10,634 nucleotides of DNA from a bacterium (GTDB lineage: Bacteria > Zhuqueibacterota > Zhuqueibacteria > Oceanimicrobiales > Oceanimicrobiaceae). The DNA is taken from contig JBHHXT010000175.1 of assembly GCA_046757165.1 (NCBI GenBank), positions 1-10,634 on the forward strand, in the 5' to 3' direction. A program made the translations under genes and the position numbers. Under the pieces are notes generated by a model that saw nothing but the letters and a program-made list of their open reading frames with translations, was not told the origin of the DNA and did not search any database. Shown here one piece after another: positions 5,947 to 10,634 of this stretch; positions within the stretch are counted from its first letter, which is position 1; every line of letters begins with the position of its first letter.

Positions 5947-8900
5947 CTATCTCACGAAAAGGACTTTGCGTATTTGTTGAAACTGACCGGCTTGCAGCCG
6001 GATGAAATAGACGCCGGTGCTCAGCCCGAGTCCGCGGTCGTCTTTGCCATCCCAGTGCACCCGGTACACGCCCGGCTGTTTCTTTTGCCGCACCAACAGT
6101 CGAACTTCCTGTCCCAGGATATTGAGTACTTTGACCGCCACTTCAACCGGCGCAGCAATTTGATAAACCAACGTCGTTCCGGCGTTAAATGGATTGGGAT
6201 AGTTCTGGCTGAGTGCGAAAGACTCGGGAACGGGATGGGTGAGCGCTTCGGAATCTTCCACATAAGCCTTCGTTCCAATCACCAGGTCGAATTGTCTGGT
6301 CAGGGTGGTCTGGTCTGGCATGAATTCATAGCTGCCGATATTGCGAATGTCCAGTTGGCGAAAAGTGGTCCTGTCCAGTAAGATCGCTTCGAAATCCGCA
6401 GGTAGAGAGGCTAGGTTGTTGAAACGCAGCGCGACGCGCTCGTTCTCCAGGCTGGTCGCAACCTCGAACCGCCAGATATGGCCCTGCGCAGTTGGGGGCC
6501 GGAAATCCGTCTTGAATACGCCAGGCAGAGTTGACCACTGCTCGTGTCGAAAACGAACGGAGAGAAAATCGCTGATAAAGGGGGGCTGCGGGTAGTCGTG
6601 CCCGTCCCACTCTTCGGCAGCCGTTGGCGCCACACCGAGTTGGCTGGCCTGGTCAACCAGCTCTTCGCAATACGCCTCGATGCCCACGGACCAATCTGGC
6701 TCACCCGGCATGTTCAGGCTGAACGTCGCTGCCCGGGTTTGCGCCGGCGGGTTTGCCGGGTAGATGGCGAGCTTGACGCCATCTGAGCGGCTGAAAAACG
6801 AGTAACCCTCCCACGGCTCTAATGTTTGCACCTGGTTGGGCAGCAGCCATTGTTCCTGGAAGGTGTAGGGACCGATGACATCGTTCGCGCTGCCGTCGAC
6901 CACGAGCACGTTGTTCTTGCTGAGAGAAAATGCAAAGGGCAAGCCAATGTCGTTCCAGCCTTCGCTCAACGTGATCTCGAAAGGTTTATTGGTGACGACA
7001 GAGCTGCCGACCCCGGAGTCGATGCGCTTGTTGGCTTCTTTAACAATCAGCCACATCGCGGCACCCGGTTTAAAGTCCCCGACCTTCGGAAATTCATTGT
7101 AGGTGGCAGAGCTGGTCTGGAATTGGAATAACCGCCACTTTTTCGGATCATAAGAGGCGAGGTCGTCCTCGAGCACGTCCTGGGGCTTGCGACTGTCCAG
7201 ATTCAACGGAACGGAAATCATGCGATAGGCCAGGGCTTTTGTTCCGGCCGGCTGCGTGTCATCCTTGGCCAAGCCCTGTCCGTCCTGCCCCAGAACGCGT
7301 ACCGAGAGATTCAGAGGCTGCGTCTCCCAATCCTCTGGATGAAATGTTTGGTTCACCCCGTCCGAGGCGCGAATAAAGTAGTTGATGCCGATGGTGGAGA
7401 GCTGTCCAGCGGTGACGGCCGCTTTGAAGGTATCCGCTCCGGCCCTGACCATGGCGACGGACTGAAATGTCGCCGCGTTGCTCGCTTTGTAAAACAACAA
7501 CGCTTCGACGACCTGAGCGTTGTCTTCAATTCTGGCGATGATGGTCGTGTCTTTGCCCTCGTCTACCACCAGCGGCGACACGTGTTGAATCGTCGGAAAG
7601 ACCGAATCGGTGAAGCCGGTGTCAACAACGGTGGTGGATTCGGCGATCTCCAGCAAGGCCTCAATGTTGCCGACGTTGTCATACGCCGCCACCTCGAAGG
7701 CATATTTAGAGCCCTGACTGCCTTGATAGGTGCTGGAGGTGCCGTCGAAGTCCGTCAGCCAGTCCTGCCAATCGCCGTCATCGACCTGCACACGCACGGT
7801 GTATCTCCCGGAGAATCCGGAGCCGCTGCCATCCGAGCCATTGCTCCAGCTCACGGTGAAAGTCTCGCTGTTGCTGGTATCTGGAGAGGAGGCAACCGTA
7901 CCTGAAGGCGAGGTCGTGTCGAGGCCAAACTGGGTCGAGTCCCGGGTGACATTGCCGGCGCTGTCGACCAGGGTCACGCGCACATCGTAGAGGCCGTCGC
8001 TTTTGTTGCCGATGTTGAATTCAAATTCTTCGGCCACGTCCTGGCCGCTGGTCGGCTGCTCGACGATAATATTGGTGTCCAGTCTTGTGGATTGCAGCCA
8101 CACCGTGTCGACATGGAGCTCATCATATTCCAGCAGGAATTGCGCCGTATTTTGGTTGTTCTGGTTGTACCAGGCTTGCGGCCCGCTGCCTGTGCCCGGA
8201 AAAAAATCTGCGTTCGACAAATCCATCTCGAATATTTCCGGCGGCGTGCCGTCGTAGCGCAGGGTCACAAAGTCGTGGTTGCGAAAATCGACGTTGCCGC
8301 TCTGGTCCTGGAACCAGAGATAGAAATCCTGGCCATTCTCGGCGCGGGCCGTTGCGGTAAACGAAGAGCCGCTCCTGACCGAGCCAGTGGTGTCGACATT
8401 CGAGACAGGTGCACTGCCGAGTTTATACCAGGCCACCTCGATGCCGCTCGGGTCCTGTGGCGCTTGCCAGGTGACGGTGAATTGTGGCATCCGCTGCCAG
8501 GGACTCGGGCTGGCGCCGCCGGCGAGCAAGCTGACCGGCGGCCCGGGCGGGGTGATATCTTTTGCCGTCGTGTCCACCTCCGTTGTCGATTCCTCTGTGC
8601 TGGTAAAAAGCTCTATGTTGCCGGCGAAATCGTGCGCTGCGACTTCAAAGCCATAGGTGTGACCGTGCTCTCCGGTGAAATCGATGGATGTGCCCTCGAA
8701 CCCGGTTTGCAGATTGATAAAGGTGCCGTTGTCCACATTGAAACGAATGTCGTACTTGCCGGCCAAACCCGAGCCGTTGCCGTCGTCGCCAGTGCCGGTC
8801 CAGGTGACGGCAAAAGTGAGATCAGAGCTCAAGCTGGGCGAGCTGGCCACGGTATTGGTTGGCGGGGTGGCATCGTAGCGCAAATTGACCACCGCATTGT

Positions 8901-10634
8901 TTTCGAAGTTTACGTTGCTGGCATTGTCAATGAACCAGATGTACAAATTCTGGCCATTCTCCTCCGTTGCCGAAACGGTGAAGGCCGCGCTCCCGGCCAC
9001 ACTCCTGGTGGTGTCGAAGTCAGAGGTCGGCGGCGGGCCCAGCTTGTAAAGCGTCCGGGCGATGCCGCTTTCGTCCGAGGGATTCTGCCAGGCAATAGTG
9101 AAATCGGGACTGTTCTGCCACGGACTGGGACTCGAGCCGCTCGCGGTCAGGTTGACCGGCGCGCCAGGCGCAGTCACGTCTTTTGTGGTGTCGACTTCTG
9201 TCGTGGTCTCCGCCAGGTTGGTGAAGGGTTCCACATTGCCGACGTTGTCATGCCCAACGGCTTCGAAACCGTAGAGATTGCCATGTTGGCCCGAAAACGC
9301 CGAGGAGGTGAGATCCGTGTCCGTCAGCCAATTCGTCCAATCGCCGCCGTTGACCTGGAAGCGGACGTCGTATTTCCCGGAAAGCCCGGAGCCCGTGCCA
9401 TCGCTGCCACCGCTCCAGGTGACGGTAAAAATCTCTTCCTGACTCCTGGTGGGGGAGTTCGCCTCTGTACCGGTCGGCGGCGAACTGTCGAGCGCAATGG
9501 TTGTATTGTCTGAAGTCTGATTGTTGGCACTGTCGATGACCGTCGCGCTCAGGGTGAACGTGCCGTCGGAGACGCCGTCAATATTGAGCGACACCTGCGT
9601 CGTCTGGTTCAGGCCGCTGGTGAGATTGCTGTTGGTTTGCGTCCCGCCGAGCACCCCGAGGCTGAAAACAGCGCGGTCGGCATTGGTCTCGTCGTATTGC
9701 ACCACAAAGTCCACGGAAGTCACGATATTCTGGTTGTACCAGTTCGGGGCGAACGCCGGAGCCGGATTGCTCAGGGAAATCTGGTCGATGGCCGGTTTGC
9801 TTGCATCCACGGTGAGCTTGCGTGGGCTGGCAGCCGCACCGAACAGGGTGCCATCGTGCGCGGTGACGCGCCACCAGTAGTCGCCGTCTACCAGATTGGT
9901 CGACACCGTGTAAGAGACATTGGCCACGTTCTGCGCCACGGGCGGCGTCGGGCTAAAACCGGCGGCGCTGTTTCGGGAGTCCGCGCTGACAACTGGAGAC
10001 GTGAAGTTCTTGTTTTGTGAGATTTCGACCAGAAAGTGCAGCGGGTCGCTGTCCGGATCCACAGGCACGCCCCAATTGAGCACGATGGTAGATACCGTTG
10101 GGTTGAAGAACGCTTTGTCTGCGGGTGAATTGAGCGCCGGCGCCTGAGGGGGACTATTCACGATCGGAGGCGTACCGTTCAAGAAAATCTGCAGCGTATT
10201 GCTGGTGCGGTTCGAGACGGCAATATCCAGGATGCCATCGCCGTCGAAATCGCCCGTGTTCAGCGCCCGGGGCTCGCTGCCAGCCGTGTAGGTTGAATCG
10301 ACCTGAAACGTGCCGGCGCCATCGTTCAAAAGCACGTGCACGTTGTTTGAGAGCTTGTTCGAAACGGTCAAATCGGCATCGTCGTCCCCATCCAGGTCAC
10401 CCGCGCTGATTGAAAAGGGGTCGTCGCCCACGGCGACATTATCCGGGGCGGCGAAGCTGCCGCCGTTATTGATCAGGATAGAGACAGAATTGCCGTCCCG
10501 GTTCGAGGTGGCGACATCGATAAAGCCGTCCCCGTCAAAATCATGGCCGGTGATCGCGCGTGGAGTGAAATCCGTTGCAAAAGTCTGCGGGGTGCCAAAA
10601 CTACCCGTGCCGTCGTTCAGCAGCAGAGCCACCT
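5947..10634 (-). CDS. Large secreted multidomain surface protein (5'-partial): FG-GAP/VCBS repeats, Ig/Fn3-like repeats, T9SS type A/FlgD-Ig-like C-terminal sorting domain
   Basis: Open frame of >1561 aa running off the window edge (the 'start' at 10632 is an internal GTG/Val). Three FG-GAP blades with DxDxDG-type loops ('DFDGDGFIDVATSN', 'DLDGDDDADLTVSN', 'DFDGDGILDIAVSN', ~10174-10634); Fn3-like domain ('PPQAPALNSP...YWWRVTAHDG'); repeated beta-rich modules; C-terminus 'PESFALSQNYPNPFN...ILGQEVRLL...GVYRVHWDGKDDRG..LSTGVYFIRL...RKVLFVR' (5947-6228). Stop TAG 5947-5949 then TAA. Confidence 0.93.
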   Translation of the reverse strand, partial: VALLLNDGTGSFGTPQTFATDFTPRAITGHDFDGDGFIDVATSNRDGNSVSILINNGGSFAAPDNVAVGDDPFSISAGDLDGDDDADLTVSNKLSNNVHVLLNDGAGTFQVDSTYTAGSEPRALNTGDFDGDGILDIAVSNRTSNTLQIFLNGTPPIVNSPPQAPALNSPADKAFFNPTVSTIVLNWGVPVDPDSDPLHFLVEISQNKNFTSPVVSADSRNSAAGFSPTPPVAQNVANVSYTVSTNLVDGDYWWRVTAHDGTLFGAAASPRKLTVDASKPAIDQISLSNPAPAFAPNWYNQNIVTSVDFVVQYDETNADRAVFSLGVLGGTQTNSNLTSGLNQTTQVSLNIDGVSDGTFTLSATVIDSANNQTSDNTTIALDSSPPTGTEANSPTRSQEEIFTVTWSGGSDGTGSGLSGKYDVRFQVNGGDWTNWLTDTDLTSSAFSGQHGNLYGFEAVGHDNVGNVEPFTNLAETTTEVDTTKDVTAPGAPVNLTASGSSPSPWQNSPDFTIAWQNPSDESGIARTLYKLGPPPTSDFDTTRSVAGSAAFTVSATEENGQNLYIWFIDNASNVNFENNAVVNLRYDATPPTNTVASSPSLSSDLTFAVTWTGTGDDGNGSGLAGKYDIRFNVDNGTFINLQTGFEGTSIDFTGEHGHTYGFEVAAHDFAGNIELFTSTEESTTEVDTTAKDITPPGPPVSLLAGGASPSPWQRMPQFTVTWQAPQDPSGIEVAWYKLGSAPVSNVDTTGSVRSGSSFTATARAENGQDFYLWFQDQSGNVDFRNHDFVTLRYDGTPPEIFEMDLSNADFFPGTGSGPQAWYNQNNQNTAQFLLEYDELHVDTVWLQSTRLDTNIIVEQPTSGQDVAEEFEFNIGNKSDGLYDVRVTLVDSAGNVTRDSTQFGLDTTSPSGTVASSPDTSNSETFTVSWSNGSDGSGSGFSGRYTVRVQVDDGDWQDWLTDFDGTSSTYQGSQGSKYAFEVAAYDNVGNIEALLEIAESTTVVDTGFTDSVFPTIQHVSPLVVDEGKDTTIIARIEDNAQVVEALLFYKASNAATFQSVAMVRAGADTFKAAVTAGQLSTIGINYFIRASDGVNQTFHPEDWETQPLNLSVRVLGQDGQGLAKDDTQPAGTKALAYRMISVPLNLDSRKPQDVLEDDLASYDPKKWRLFQFQTSSATYNEFPKVGDFKPGAAMWLIVKEANKRIDSGVGSSVVTNKPFEITLSEGWNDIGLPFAFSLSKNNVLVVDGSANDVIGPYTFQEQWLLPNQVQTLEPWEGYSFFSRSDGVKLAIYPANPPAQTRAATFSLNMPGEPDWSVGIEAYCEELVDQASQLGVAPTAAEEWDGHDYPQPPFISDFLSVRFRHEQWSTLPGVFKTDFRPPTAQGHIWRFEVATSLENERVALRFNNLASLPADFEAILLDRTTFRQLDIRNIGSYEFMPDQTTLTRQFDLVIGTKAYVEDSEALTHPVPESFALSQNYPNPFNAGTTLVYQIAAPVEVAVKVLNILGQEVRLLVRQKKQPGVYRVHWDGKDDRGLGLSTGVYFIRLQAGQFQQIRKVLFVR
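7618..9807 (-). repeat. Intragenic mosaic of diverged ~100-110 aa modules: A1-B1-C1-B2-C2-A2-B3
   Basis: A (9487-9807, 7918-8250) shares 'LSN..WYNQN..YDE..SDG..DSA.N..D.T...LD'; B (9178-9486, 8557-8871, 7618-7917) shares 'SP..S...F.V.W....DG.GSG..G.Y..R..V..G...TS....G..G..Y.FE....D..GN.E.....E.TT.VDT'; C (8872-9177, 8251-8556) shares 'PG.PV.L.A.G.SPSPWQ..P.FT..WQ.P.D.SGI....YKLG..P.S..DTT.SV...ENGQ..Y.WF.D...NV.F.N...V.LRYD'. Confidence 0.88.

Noticed and set aside
8092..9513. 473-aa plus-strand ORF (and other long ORFs such as 346-1245, 2141-2821, 3657-4553, 7339-7905) antisense to real genes
   Set aside because: Typical shadow ORFs of GC-rich coding DNA; no motifs, no SD, fully contained opposite well-supported genes.
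7618..9807. CRISPR array, DGR template/variable repeat or recent DNA duplication in the repeated region
   Set aside because: Repeats are ~300-bp protein modules diverged at synonymous and non-synonymous sites, with no identical short repeats/spacers, no adenine-specific mismatch pattern evident, and no cas or reverse transcriptase gene.
10630..10632. GTG at 10632 as the start of the large protein
   Set aside because: Falls in the middle of an FG-GAP repeat at the window edge, with no signal peptide; the gene is truncated by the window.

Overview
GC-rich bacterial chromosomal window with five protein-coding genes in two convergent blocks. Plus strand: a lipoprotein YtcJ/NfdA-type (Amidohydro_3) metal-dependent amidohydrolase (28-1761), a PflX-type radical SAM protein (1862-2794), then an AT-rich spacer carrying a good sigma70-type promoter and a ~130-nt leader, and ribonuclease R (rnr, 3027-5141). 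Minus strand: the 3' 4.7 kb of a very large, 5'-truncated secreted protein (FG-GAP/VCBS repeats, a mosaic stalk of three alternating Ig/Fn3-like module types in the order A-B-C-B-C-A-B, an unassigned ~330-aa region, and a T9SS-type-A/FlgD-Ig-like C-terminal sorting domain), followed 19 bp later by a 249-aa exported TPR-like + PEGA-like protein ending in a Gly-rich hydrophobic helix and a Pro-rich tail. The sorting domain and the Gln-after-signal-peptide pattern suggest an FCB-group organism (KSB1/Calditrichota-like; inference only). No rRNA, tRNA, CRISPR array, transposase or integrase is visible. The most novel-looking element is the minus-strand two-gene surface module; the non-coding signals (promoter-overlapping palindrome, leader uORF, two short REP-like remnants) are real sequence patterns with unproven function. 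I see no clear-cut new defence or mobile system.
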